From the NCBI GenBank assembly GCA_023511585.1, contig JAIMBF010000003.1, positions 6,537-70,536 of the forward strand: a stretch of DNA of 64,000 nucleotides. Direction: 5' to 3'. The DNA is from Terriglobia bacterium (GTDB lineage Bacteria; Pseudomonadota; Alphaproteobacteria; Acetobacterales; Acetobacteraceae). The notes beneath the pieces are model-generated. The model was not told the DNA's origin. It saw only the letters and a list, made by a program, of their open reading frames with translations, and did no database searches. Below, in pieces: positions 27,996-37,753 of this stretch. The translations under genes were made by a program, and so were the position numbers. Within the stretch, counting starts at the first letter, position 1, and every line of letters begins with the position of its first letter.

Positions 27996-29060
27996 TTACG
28001 TCGGGCGTTCGCCCGCCCAAGCCCGTTCGAGCAACGCGAGAATCGCATCTCGCGTCACAGGCCGGGGGTTCCAGTAGGGATTCTGCACCGCGAGATCGGC
28101 CGCACGGTGCAGATCGCCTCGCGCAAGACCCAGCTCGCGCAACGCCAGCGGCGCACCGAGCGATTGCGCAAAATCCCAGAGTCCGCGGCCGAGATCGCCG
28201 CCAAACAACGCCGCTGCTGGCGCTAGTTCGGTCGCCGCCGTGGCCGCGTTATAAGCAGCGGTGTGCGGAATCAGCACGGCGTGCGTCTCGGCGTGCGGCA
28301 AATCGAACGAACCGCCCAGCGTGTGGCAGAGTTTGTGATGCAGCGCCATGCCAACGGTGCCGAGTACAGTTCCGCAGAGCCACGCCCCATATAGCGCACG
28401 CTCCCGGGCCGCCTCGTTGCGCGGCGCGTTCACGATCACCGGCAACGCATCCTTCAGCGCCCGAACTCCCTCCACGGCCATCCAGGCGGTGACAGGGTTT
28501 CGTTCCTGCGCATACAGCCCTTCGATCGCATGGGCTATGGCGTTCAGACCCGAGGTCACGCTCAGGCCTACCGGCAAGGTTTGTGTGAGCTCGGGATCAT
28601 AGATGACGACCTCCGGGAGCACTTTGGCGTCGCGAATGGTGGTTTTCATGCCGTTTTCGGTTTGGCCGAGAATCGGCGTAACCTCGGAGCCGGCATAAGT
28701 GGTGGGGATGACGAACTGCATCGTGTCATTGCGCCACGCGATTGCCTTGCCAAGCCCGATGGTTGATCCACCACCCAGCGCCACGATACAATCCGCCCGT
28801 GCCGCGGCGAAAGCACTCATTGCACGCGCGGTCACGTCGACTGGCGTATGCATCGCGGCTTCGGCGAATACGCCTGCCGCAAGATCCTTAAGCGAGGCGG
28901 CGAGTGCATGGGCCGCATCCTTTTGGGCGGGTGTCGACAAGATCAATGCGCGGTGCCGATCGGCAGCAGACAACTCCTCGGCCAGCCGGCTCACGCTACC
29001 GGCGCCGAATACGATGCGCGCCGGATTGAACCGGCACGCGAAGCACAAATTTTCGGCCAT
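27996..29060 (-). CDS. Maleylacetate reductase (iron-containing alcohol dehydrogenase family)
   Basis: 354-aa Fe-ADH fold (GGGSTIGLGKAIA; HKLCHTLGG) in the typical pairing with an intradiol dioxygenase. Confidence 0.8.
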   Translation of the reverse strand: MAENLCFACRFNPARIVFGAGSVSRLAEELSAADRHRALILSTPAQKDAAHALAASLKDLAAGVFAEAAMHTPVDVTARAMSAFAAARADCIVALGGGSTIGLGKAIAWRNDTMQFVIPTTYAGSEVTPILGQTENGMKTTIRDAKVLPEVVIYDPELTQTLPVGLSVTSGLNAIAHAIEGLYAQERNPVTAWMAVEGVRALKDALPVIVNAPRNEAARERALYGAWLCGTVLGTVGMALHHKLCHTLGGSFDLPHAETHAVLIPHTAAYNAATAATELAPAAALFGGDLGRGLWDFAQSLGAPLALRELGLARGDLHRAADLAVQNPYWNPRPVTRDAILALLERAWAGERPT

Positions 29061-29082
29061 ATCCCGGCTCTCGAATGAGGCG

Positions 29083-30150
29083 TTAAGTGCGCACGACGAT
29101 TTTCAGATGGTTGCCGGCGGGATCGAGCAGTGCTTCGAACCCCTTGGCCACCACATCGGCGGCGTCGATACGAGCGGTAATGACCTTTTCCACCGGAAAG
29201 GTGCCGGACGCGATCATCCGCGCAATGCGCGGCCAGCTCTGCACCGGATAACACCAGGTTGCTTCCAAGGTGATGTCTTTCAGGGCCCACTGCATCGCAT
29301 CGACGCTGGCGCGTTTGATGTGCAGCCCCACTTGCACCACCTTACCTTGCCGGCGTACCGCATCGGCGCAGGCGTTCAGCGACGCTTCCAGCCCCACGCA
29401 TTCCAGCGCCACATCGACGCCGACACCCTCCTCGGTCAGGTCGCGGACCACTTCTATCAGATTCTGCGTCCGGGGATCGACCGTGACGACATAAGGCGCA
29501 ATCTCGGCAATGATACGACGGCGGTTGGGATTCGGTTCGGAGACGATAATCAACGCGGCACCGGCGGCCTTGGCGGCCAATACGGTCAGCGCGCCAATCG
29601 GCCCGGCGCCCGAGACTAATACCGTAGACCCGGCCCGCACGCCGCCACGATCGACGCCATATAAGGCCACCGCGGCTGGCTCGATCATCGCACCCTGCTC
29701 TTCGCTCAACGTATCAGGAATTGGTTGGGCATTGTAATCCTTGATGACGGCCCGCTCAGCCATGCCGCCCCAGGCCCAACTGAGCCCCACGCAGCCCATT
29801 TTGGGCGAAAGATGATACAAGCCGCGCTTACCGTAATAATCATCGCGCGGGAACAAAAGCGGTTGGACGGAAATTCGGTCACCGGGTTTCACGTGGCTCA
29901 CCGCGGCGCCGACTTTTTTTACCCGCGCCGAAAATTCATGCCCTAGAATCTGCGGAATGACGGCGCCGGTGAAAACATGCGGCGTTTTCGGGGTTACGAT
30001 GGGACCGGCAACATATTCGTGCAGGTCGGTGCCGCAGATACCGGTGCAGAACGGTTCAACCAAAACTTCGTCCGGCGCCAAATTCTCGGGCGGCGGCGGC
30101 ACGTCCTCGACGCGAATGTCACGGGCGGCATGAAAGCGAACGGCACGCAT
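29083..30150 (-). CDS. Zinc-dependent alcohol dehydrogenase (butanediol/threonine dehydrogenase-like MDR)
   Basis: GICGTDLHEY catalytic-zinc motif and Rossmann VLVSGAGPIG; 355 aa. Confidence 0.85.
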   Translation of the reverse strand: MRAVRFHAARDIRVEDVPPPPENLAPDEVLVEPFCTGICGTDLHEYVAGPIVTPKTPHVFTGAVIPQILGHEFSARVKKVGAAVSHVKPGDRISVQPLLFPRDDYYGKRGLYHLSPKMGCVGLSWAWGGMAERAVIKDYNAQPIPDTLSEEQGAMIEPAAVALYGVDRGGVRAGSTVLVSGAGPIGALTVLAAKAAGAALIIVSEPNPNRRRIIAEIAPYVVTVDPRTQNLIEVVRDLTEEGVGVDVALECVGLEASLNACADAVRRQGKVVQVGLHIKRASVDAMQWALKDITLEATWCYPVQSWPRIARMIASGTFPVEKVITARIDAADVVAKGFEALLDPAGNHLKIVVRT

Positions 30151-30315
30151 AGTTCTCTCCCCCCTTGGTCAGCCATCTACTTTGGATAGTCGCTATCAGA
30201 GGACCGGGTATTCTGCGCTGCAAATTTCATCCAATATGGATTACTCGAATGTCTTGATATATTCTTCGCTCGAGTAACCTTAGCGTTCGTTGAACTACCA
30301 GCGCGGGAGACGGTT

Positions 30316-31233
30316 GTGACTAAGGCTCAGAATATCCAAGATGAAATCGGCTGGATCGGTGTCGGTAAAATGGGCAACCCGATGGCCACACGCCTGATGG
30401 AGGCCGGACATCGGCTCACTATTTGCGATCCGGTAGTCGAAAACCGGGCGAGTTTGGTTGCGCGCGGGGCCCGTGTGGCTGCTACGCCGGGGGAAGTGGC
30501 GGCGCGCTGCACGCTGATCTTCGCGACCATTCCCGACGACGGAGCGCTGGAAAACGTGATTTACGGCAACGAAGAGCACGGCAGCTTTCTCTCGTGCGTC
30601 GGTGCCGGGGTGGTGCTCGTGGAGATGAGCACTGTTTCGCCGTCACTATCGCGTCGTGTCGGGGAGGACCTTGCGCGCCGTGGCGTCGGATATTTGCGTT
30701 GCCCGATCTCGGGCAGTACGGCGCTGGCACGCGCGGGCTCGCTCACCGCGCTCGCTTCCGGCGATGCCACCGCCTGGGAGAGGGCGGTGCCGTTCCTCGA
30801 TGTGCTCGCCGCGCGTAAGTTTTATCTCGGCCCCGGAGAAGAGGCACGCTACATGAAACTGGTGCTCAACGCATTGGTCGGCGCCACTTCGGTCATTCTC
30901 GCTGAAGCATTGGCGCTCGGCGCGATCGGCGGATTGAGCGACGCCCAGATGATGGAGGTTATCGCCGAAAGTGCCATTGCGTCGCCTTTGATTCGTTACA
31001 AACAAGATATGATCGCACATCGAGACTTCCGCCCCGCTTTTTCCGTCGAACAGATGATGAAGGATTTTACCATCATCACCGATGCCGGCCGCGTCCATAG
31101 GGTGCCTCTCTTTGCCACCAACTTAATCCTGCAGCAATACACCGCCGCCGCAAGTGGTGGATACGCGGAAAAGGATTTTTTTGCAATGGTGGAATGGATG
31201 CGCTCCGCATTCAATCTTGACAACTACGTCTAA
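30316..31233 (+). CDS. NAD(P)-dependent oxidoreductase, 3-hydroxyisobutyrate dehydrogenase family
   Basis: N-terminal Rossmann IGWIGVGKMGNPMATRL; HIBADH-type length of 305 aa. Confidence 0.8.
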   Translation: MTKAQNIQDEIGWIGVGKMGNPMATRLMEAGHRLTICDPVVENRASLVARGARVAATPGEVAARCTLIFATIPDDGALENVIYGNEEHGSFLSCVGAGVVLVEMSTVSPSLSRRVGEDLARRGVGYLRCPISGSTALARAGSLTALASGDATAWERAVPFLDVLAARKFYLGPGEEARYMKLVLNALVGATSVILAEALALGAIGGLSDAQMMEVIAESAIASPLIRYKQDMIAHRDFRPAFSVEQMMKDFTIITDAGRVHRVPLFATNLILQQYTAAASGGYAEKDFFAMVEWMRSAFNLDNYV

Positions 31234-32990
31234 TGCCGCTCGGCAAGCGGAGGCAGACGATGACACAGACGAACCGCAAGCTATCCGACCACGAACTTTC
31301 CCGTATCATCGATTTCCTTCGCAAAATACGCCAGCCTTTCGACGCAGGTATTCCCGGCGCGAGCCCCGATATTTACTGGAACGTTGTGCTAGAATTGGTT
31401 GACACCCACCTGCAGCAGCGTCCCGTAGATATGTCAACGCTGATCCAATTATCGCAGGCGAGCTGGGGAACCGGCAATCGACTGATCAAGCGCATGATTG
31501 CAGAGGGCCTGATCGAACGTGTACCGCGAGGGCCAAAGAATAAAACTTTCTTCCTTGCTCCTAGCGAAAGGCTTGTAGAAAACTTTATCGAATACGCGAC
31601 CAAAGTGAAAGCACATTTGGCAAAAACCTTTGGTCTGCGCTCAGGCACAGAGACGGAAGAATACTATTTCGGCGGATCGTATTTTGCCGCGCACATCATT
31701 GCGCCGTTACATGGCGGCGATATCAGTTCTCTGCGTAACCTACGATTCCTACTCCATGATGACAATTATTTTGCAAGCATGCGTAATATGTGGTCGGACT
31801 TCCGCAATGATATCGGCCGCAAGAGCAGTTTCGATCTGCGTCCGTTGCCGGAATTGCTGACTGCGGCGGAATCCGCTCTCGGTAACCCTGTCGCCGCTTA
31901 TGATGTGGTGGCGATCAACATGCCTTGGCTTGGCCGCTTTGCGGACGCGGGACTACTGGCCCCTCTGGATGACGTTCTGCCGCAGGCACCGATCAATCCG
32001 CTGGATTTTCACCCCTCGGTGTGGAACACCGGCCGATGGAACGGGAAGCAATATGGAATCCCCATCTACTGCACGGTGGAAATCCTCACCGCTCGGCGCG
32101 ATTTGTTCGAGGCGGCGCAGCTTGCCTACCCGCGTACCTTCGATGAGACGATCGCCGCGGCCCGCAAGCTACATAGGCCGGAGAGGGAACAATACGGAAT
32201 CAGCTGGAACGGAGCGCGCGGTATGACCATAGCGCATGCTTTTATGTTTTTCATGGCATCTTCGCAGGGCTGCGTTCTCGAATTGCCGCGCCGCACGGAA
32301 AACTGGCTCGACTATCTCGATACGCAGAACTTGCGTTTACGTATCAACAGCGAAGAAGGTTTGGCGGCACTCGAATATATGCGACAGCTGGCCGAGGTGT
32401 CGCCACCGGGGGTAGAAACGTTTGATGCCGATCGCAATCTGGAATGCTTCATGGCGGGCTATACGGCGATGAGCTACGCATGGACCATGCGCGCCGCTCG
32501 GCTGGAATATGAGTTACGCTCAAAGGTGAAGCGACGCGTTACCTACTTGGCCCCGCCGGTGCTGCGAGGGCGGCCGGTCACCGCCCCGGTTGGCGGATTC
32601 CTGCTTACGATTCCGGCTTACGTTTCAGCCAAGCGTAAGCAAGAGATTTTCAACGCCATCGCCTGGATGGCTTCTCCCGAAGCGATGAAGGCCCATGTCA
32701 AAAACGGCTTTCCGGTTGCTCCACGCTTTTCGGTCTGTGCCGATCCAGAGGCGCTGGCTTCTTCACCGATCGTTAGCTTTATTGATCGCCTTGCACGGCG
32801 CAACGAGTTGAATACCTGGTCACGCCCGCCAGTGCGCGAATATATCGAGATCGAACGGATCCTCGGCGAGGAAGTCTTTGCGGCCGTGTTCGAGGGCAAA
32901 TCACCAAAGCGCGCTTTGGCCGATGCCGAAGCGGCCGCTTATCGTTGCATTCGCGAGCGGGGCTCGGCGCGCAACGTCCTGGCCGCTTAG
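31233..32990 (+). CDS. Cytoplasmic winged-HTH domain fused to an ABC-type solute-binding-protein fold (putative one-component regulator)
   Basis: The N-terminal ~130 aa have a wHTH-like segment (STLIQLSQASWGTGNRLIKRMIAEGLIERV). The remaining ~450 aa resemble family-1 extracellular solute-binding proteins (DVVAINMPWLGRFADAGLLAPLDD). There is no signal peptide or hydrophobic N-terminus. Overlap TAATG with the upstream gene. Confidence 0.6.
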   Translation: MPLGKRRQTMTQTNRKLSDHELSRIIDFLRKIRQPFDAGIPGASPDIYWNVVLELVDTHLQQRPVDMSTLIQLSQASWGTGNRLIKRMIAEGLIERVPRGPKNKTFFLAPSERLVENFIEYATKVKAHLAKTFGLRSGTETEEYYFGGSYFAAHIIAPLHGGDISSLRNLRFLLHDDNYFASMRNMWSDFRNDIGRKSSFDLRPLPELLTAAESALGNPVAAYDVVAINMPWLGRFADAGLLAPLDDVLPQAPINPLDFHPSVWNTGRWNGKQYGIPIYCTVEILTARRDLFEAAQLAYPRTFDETIAAARKLHRPEREQYGISWNGARGMTIAHAFMFFMASSQGCVLELPRRTENWLDYLDTQNLRLRINSEEGLAALEYMRQLAEVSPPGVETFDADRNLECFMAGYTAMSYAWTMRAARLEYELRSKVKRRVTYLAPPVLRGRPVTAPVGGFLLTIPAYVSAKRKQEIFNAIAWMASPEAMKAHVKNGFPVAPRFSVCADPEALASSPIVSFIDRLARRNELNTWSRPPVREYIEIERILGEEVFAAVFEGKSPKRALADAEAAAYRCIRERGSARNVLAA

Positions 32991-35540
32991 TCATTCGTCC
33001 TGCATCGCCGCGCGGCCGCGCACTGTAGAATAAACCACGGTTGCAAGCAGGATCAATGCGCCTTGGAAAACATACTGGTAGGTCTGCGATAGACCGATAA
33101 ATGCCACGATGTTCAATACCTCGGTCAGCAGCAACGCGCCCAGAACGGTGCCGAGGAATGTTCCCCGTCCGCCGCGCAGGCTGGTTCCTCCCAAAACCAC
33201 GGCTGTGATGCTCGACAACGTATAATTGACCCCCTGGCGTGGATCGCCCACACCGATTTGCGCCATCAGCATTACAGCCCCGAGCGCCGTCAGCAGGGCG
33301 GTGCCAATGTAGCCAAGCACGATCGTGCGATCGACCGGCACGCCAATGCGTCGGGCTACATCCTCATCGGATCCGGTGGCGCGCAAACGCCAGCCTGAGC
33401 GGAGTCTCCGCAAACCAACCTCGCCCAATATCGCCATCGCGAGTAGCATAAAGAACGCCACCGGAACTGGACCTATTTGCGCATTGATAGCAGCCACGAC
33501 GTCGCTGTTGATGTAGCCGCCTGGCCCGTCGCGTAGCAGAAAACTACAGCCCTGGATGGCGATATACATGGCAAGCGTGGCCGCGATCGGCGTGAAGTTG
33601 GCAAATCGGATGAGCAGCCCGTTGATGGTGCCGGCCGCCAACGCTCCGACCGCCATCAGAACGAAGCCCGCCACGATCGCTCCCGTGCTTTGTCCTTCAT
33701 TAATAAAGAATGAAGCCACGACAACTAAGAACCCTGCGAGCGGGCCAACCGACAAGTCAATTCCCCCAAGCAGCAACGGAATCGTTTGTCCCAGCGCGAA
33801 GAAACCAAGCGCCGTGCTCAGCGTTAGGATGTTTGTGAGATTGAACGCCGAAAGATAGTTCGGGTTTTTACTGTAGCCAAACAGCGCCAGCGCGAGAATA
33901 ACCAATGCCAAAGGCAGCGTCGGGGCGTTGTCGGTCTGCACGATATGGCGCCATTTGCTGTGTGGCGCGGCACGCGGGATGCTATGGGCCGCATGGGTTT
34001 CGGCACTCACGGCGGCAGCAACGATGCGCGCTTCAACGACGTCGGTGCCAGTAAGCGTTTCCACCACATGTCCGCGGGATAGCACAATCACCTTATCACA
34101 CAGCCCCTCCAACTCCGTCGCATCCGAAGAGTTCACAATTACAGGCGTGCCCTTGGCAGACACTTCGCGAAGAATGCGATAAATTTCGGCGCGCGCGCCG
34201 ACATCAACGCCCTGTGTGGGCTCATCGGCCACGATCAATTCCGGTTCGGAAAGCAGCGCCCGGGCCATGACCACTTTTTGCTGATTGCCGCCCGAGAGGG
34301 AAAGCACAGGCGCCTCAATCGATGCCGCCTTGACCGCAAGCGCACCGAAGGCAGCGCTGACGGCTGCCACCTCCCGCCTGCGGCTAACCAGGCCGGAGAA
34401 AGCAAATTTCTGCAAAGACGCAACTGCCGCATTTTCCCGCGCCGATAACCCTGCCGCCAGCCCCTCCGTGTGTCGATCGGACGGCATAAAAGCGGCACGG
34501 TGCCGCAAATCGTGCGGCGCCAGCGTGCGCCCGTTCAGCACCACTGTCCCAGCGGCGGGCTGCAATCCCGCGAGTGCCCGCATCAACTCTGTCTGGCCGT
34601 TCCCTGCCACGCCGGCAACGCCGAGGATTTGACCACGCGCGACTTCGAAACTAACATTGTGAAAACGCCGGCCGCTTAATTCCGTCACTTTCAGCACCAC
34701 ATCCGCCACGTTGGGCGAGGCCTTAGGCGGGAAAGTCGAGCCAAGCGTGCGGCCGACGATCATGCCCAACAGGTCTTGGTCGGTTACCTCCGCAACCAAC
34801 GCACTGCCTTGCACCCGCCCGTCCCGCAACACCGTGACGCGGTGCGCAATCTGACGCAGTTCGGCCATGCGATGGGTAATATAGATGACCGAAGTTCCGG
34901 ATTGCACCACTTCGCGAATGCGGCGGAACAGGATGTCGGTTGAATCCTGATCGAGCGAAGCGGTCGGCTCGTCGAGAATGAGTACTTTCGGCCGAATCGC
35001 CAGCGCCTTGGCGATTTCCAGCAATTGTTTTTGCGCAACCGTCAAGGTGTCGCCGCGCGCCTGCAGCGGCACATCGAGCGCCATCGTCTGCAAGATTTCT
35101 TGCGCCACTTCGCGTGCCGGACGGCCCGCAAACAAATGCGCGGGCAGCGCGACACGCAAATTCTCCATCACCGAGAGGTCATCCAACACGGCCGGATGCT
35201 GGTAGGAGATCGCAATACCCAAAGCCGCAGCGGTTTCCGGCGTCATCGAGACAACACGGCGGCCGGCGAATTCTATCTCCCCCGCATCCGGCTGTTGCGC
35301 ACCGGCGATGATGTTCATCAGCGTAGACTTGCCGGCGCCGTTCTCGCCAAGGATTGCATGTACTTCGCCGGCCTGAAACGTGACGCTGACATCCGACAGC
35401 GCCGGAACGCCGGCATAGGATTTCGAAATGCCCCTCAGGCGTATCAAGGTCGGTGCCGAAGCGACGGGGACGGCAGAGCCCGCCTTCACGGTCTGATGTT
35501 CCATCGTCGCCGCCGGGCTGCGCATATCGTGATGATCCAT
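32991..35540 (-). CDS. Sugar-type ABC transporter: tandem ATPase domains fused to a permease domain
   Basis: Two Walker A sites (GENGAGKST; GVAGNGQTE) and two signature motifs (LTVAQKQ, LSGGNQQK), as in RbsA/MglA-type ATPases. These are followed by ~330 aa of RbsC-like TM segments; 849 aa. Confidence 0.8.
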   Translation of the reverse strand: MDHHDMRSPAATMEHQTVKAGSAVPVASAPTLIRLRGISKSYAGVPALSDVSVTFQAGEVHAILGENGAGKSTLMNIIAGAQQPDAGEIEFAGRRVVSMTPETAAALGIAISYQHPAVLDDLSVMENLRVALPAHLFAGRPAREVAQEILQTMALDVPLQARGDTLTVAQKQLLEIAKALAIRPKVLILDEPTASLDQDSTDILFRRIREVVQSGTSVIYITHRMAELRQIAHRVTVLRDGRVQGSALVAEVTDQDLLGMIVGRTLGSTFPPKASPNVADVVLKVTELSGRRFHNVSFEVARGQILGVAGVAGNGQTELMRALAGLQPAAGTVVLNGRTLAPHDLRHRAAFMPSDRHTEGLAAGLSARENAAVASLQKFAFSGLVSRRREVAAVSAAFGALAVKAASIEAPVLSLSGGNQQKVVMARALLSEPELIVADEPTQGVDVGARAEIYRILREVSAKGTPVIVNSSDATELEGLCDKVIVLSRGHVVETLTGTDVVEARIVAAAVSAETHAAHSIPRAAPHSKWRHIVQTDNAPTLPLALVILALALFGYSKNPNYLSAFNLTNILTLSTALGFFALGQTIPLLLGGIDLSVGPLAGFLVVVASFFINEGQSTGAIVAGFVLMAVGALAAGTINGLLIRFANFTPIAATLAMYIAIQGCSFLLRDGPGGYINSDVVAAINAQIGPVPVAFFMLLAMAILGEVGLRRLRSGWRLRATGSDEDVARRIGVPVDRTIVLGYIGTALLTALGAVMLMAQIGVGDPRQGVNYTLSSITAVVLGGTSLRGGRGTFLGTVLGALLLTEVLNIVAFIGLSQTYQYVFQGALILLATVVYSTVRGRAAMQDE

Positions 35541-35605
35541 TGTGCCACAATCAGCAACACGGCCCCGCGCGAGCGCACCCGCCGGGGCCGTTAAGGGTTC
35601 GCGTG

Positions 35606-36667
35606 TTACTTGTTCACGGCCTTAGCTTGTTCTTCAGGCGATAGTTTCGCCGAAAGATAGATGGCACCGGGCAGGTCACGGCGACACTGCACGGGATGCG
35701 GTTGGCCCGTTACCGAATTTTCAAATACCGGCGCTTTGAAAATCTGCTCCGAGGGCAATTTGCCGCCGGTTACCTCGGCCACCGCCCAGTCGATCGCCAA
35801 GCGAACGTTGTCGTTACCGGTTGCCACAGTGAACAGCTTGAAATCAGGATTTTCCTTGTGGTTGTCGATCCAGAAGCAGCCCAGAGAATTGCCGTCGGAA
35901 GTAGCGAGCGCCGGGATTGAACGATTGAACTTCTTGAACACCGGGAGCGCGCCAACCAAAGATGGCCCGAAATCGGAAACGATCACGTCGATTTTCGGGT
36001 TTTTGGCAATCTCGGCCGTTAATACCTGCTGGGTGAGCGAAGGATCCCAGTTTGTCACGTCGAACGGCGCCGGGTTGAGGAATTTATATTTGTCGTCCAG
36101 CACCGACTTGAGGCCCGCCAACTCATCAAGGCCCTGGCTGTTGCCGGCCGGACCGCTCAAAAACAGCAGATTGCCGCCGTTGGGCAGGATGGCCTTGATC
36201 CATTTGCCCCAATTCTCACCGTCATTCTTGAACGAAGAACCGATGAAAACCGTGTAGTTGCGACCGGCTTTGCCGCCCACATCGACGCGATACGGCACGA
36301 CAACTTTGCCCGCCTTATAGACTTCGGTAAGCGCCGGCAGTACCGCCGGACCGGCATCGCCAAACACCACCAGTGCGTCGATGCCGCGTGCGGCCATGCT
36401 TTTGATGTCGGAAATCGCCTTCTGGGTGTTGCCCTGACCATCGGCATACTCAAACCGCGTAATGCTAGGGCAGAGCGAGGCTTCTTGTTTGCCCGAAGCG
36501 GCGGTTACCAGCCGCCAACTGTTGCCGCCGAAGCCGTCGAGTAGGGCAAGTGTCGCTTTTTTTGGCCCACACCACGAGGGTACCTCAGCTCGGGCAGTAC
36601 TGCTAAAGGCAAGGGCAACAGCAGCAGCGGTCAGCGCCATGACGCCGCTACGGAACAATCGCTTCAT
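35606..36667 (-). CDS. Periplasmic sugar-binding protein (RbsB/type-I PBP-like)
   Basis: Signal peptide MKRLFRSGVMALTAAAVALAFSSTARA; 353 aa; lies between the permease and ATPase genes. Confidence 0.85.
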   Translation of the reverse strand: MKRLFRSGVMALTAAAVALAFSSTARAEVPSWCGPKKATLALLDGFGGNSWRLVTAASGKQEASLCPSITRFEYADGQGNTQKAISDIKSMAARGIDALVVFGDAGPAVLPALTEVYKAGKVVVPYRVDVGGKAGRNYTVFIGSSFKNDGENWGKWIKAILPNGGNLLFLSGPAGNSQGLDELAGLKSVLDDKYKFLNPAPFDVTNWDPSLTQQVLTAEIAKNPKIDVIVSDFGPSLVGALPVFKKFNRSIPALATSDGNSLGCFWIDNHKENPDFKLFTVATGNDNVRLAIDWAVAEVTGGKLPSEQIFKAPVFENSVTGQPHPVQCRRDLPGAIYLSAKLSPEEQAKAVNK

Positions 36668-37712
36668 TCTTGTTCTCCTCTGTGTCTGGTTGTTTTTCGA
36701 ATGGTTTTATCGGCTCTGCGCCTTTTGTGACGCGCCGGGGCCGCCGTAACGAATAGACGGCAATGCCTAAGCCAAGCGCGAAGGCCTGAATGATGGTTTG
36801 GGCCGAGTACGGCACGCCGATGGCGAGTGCAAACTGGCTCAGTTGATTCAAAAAGAACGCAGCAATGGCGGTTGAAATCGGAAAGCCTCGTCCGCCAAGC
36901 AACGATGTTCCGCCCAACACCACCACCGCGACGGAAGGCAGCAGCAACGGGTCGCCCTGAAAGGCTGTGGGTTCGCGCGTGATCCCCGCGATCAGCAAAC
37001 CGGCAATGCAATAGAGAATCTGCGCGCAAACATAGGCCATGGTTTGGTGCAGCCGCACCCGTAGGCCAACGGCGCGCGCTGCCCGCGGATTTGCACCAAT
37101 AGCCTCGAAGCGGCGGCCGATCACGGTCTTTTTCAACACGAAGCAGACCACAATCAGAATCGCCAGCGCGAACCACACCGCATTGGCAATGCCGAACGTT
37201 TCGCCCCCGGCAATCGCTGCCAAAAGCGATGTGGTGGTCCTCGGCACACCGCCCGAGACGGCAAAGACCCCACCGTAAATTAAGGCATTCATGCCGATGG
37301 TGGCGACGATAGCGTTCAATCGCAGCACGCCCACCAGAATGCCGTTCAACACGCCGGCCGCCAACGCGCAGCCGAGCGCCATCAGGATTGCTCCCGGCAG
37401 CGCAGCGTTTTCGCCCGCTGGGACATGCGTTGCGATCACCACCGCGAGCGAGACACCACCGGCAACCGACAGGTCAAAACCACCCTGCTGCACCACCAGC
37501 ATCTGTGCTAGCCCCACAATCGCCAGCACCGCTGCGAACGGCAGGCTTCCCGCCAGCGCCCCCGGTGCGATCGCAGAGGGTGTCACGAGAGCGCACACCA
37601 CCAGGAGCGCCAGTGTCGAGACGACGATCGTCACAAATCCCCGCGCAAGCGGCAGCGCACCCGGGCGAAGCGGCACGGGGATAGCGATCGGTTTGTCTGC
37701 GGTTAGGTTCAT
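36648..37712 (-). CDS. ABC transporter permease (RbsC-like)
   Basis: Highly hydrophobic multi-TM ORF. ATG 37712 (MNLTADKP) lies 8 nt after AAGGA; the listed start at 37748 is a TTG. Confidence 0.8.
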   Translation of the reverse strand: MNLTADKPIAIPVPLRPGALPLARGFVTIVVSTLALLVVCALVTPSAIAPGALAGSLPFAAVLAIVGLAQMLVVQQGGFDLSVAGGVSLAVVIATHVPAGENAALPGAILMALGCALAAGVLNGILVGVLRLNAIVATIGMNALIYGGVFAVSGGVPRTTTSLLAAIAGGETFGIANAVWFALAILIVVCFVLKKTVIGRRFEAIGANPRAARAVGLRVRLHQTMAYVCAQILYCIAGLLIAGITREPTAFQGDPLLLPSVAVVVLGGTSLLGGRGFPISTAIAAFFLNQLSQFALAIGVPYSAQTIIQAFALGLGIAVYSLRRPRRVTKGAEPIKPFEKQPDTEENKNEAIVP

Positions 37713-37753
37713 CTCCTCATTCCTTGGACGTCCGCCCGCTCGCGGCAACGCAC

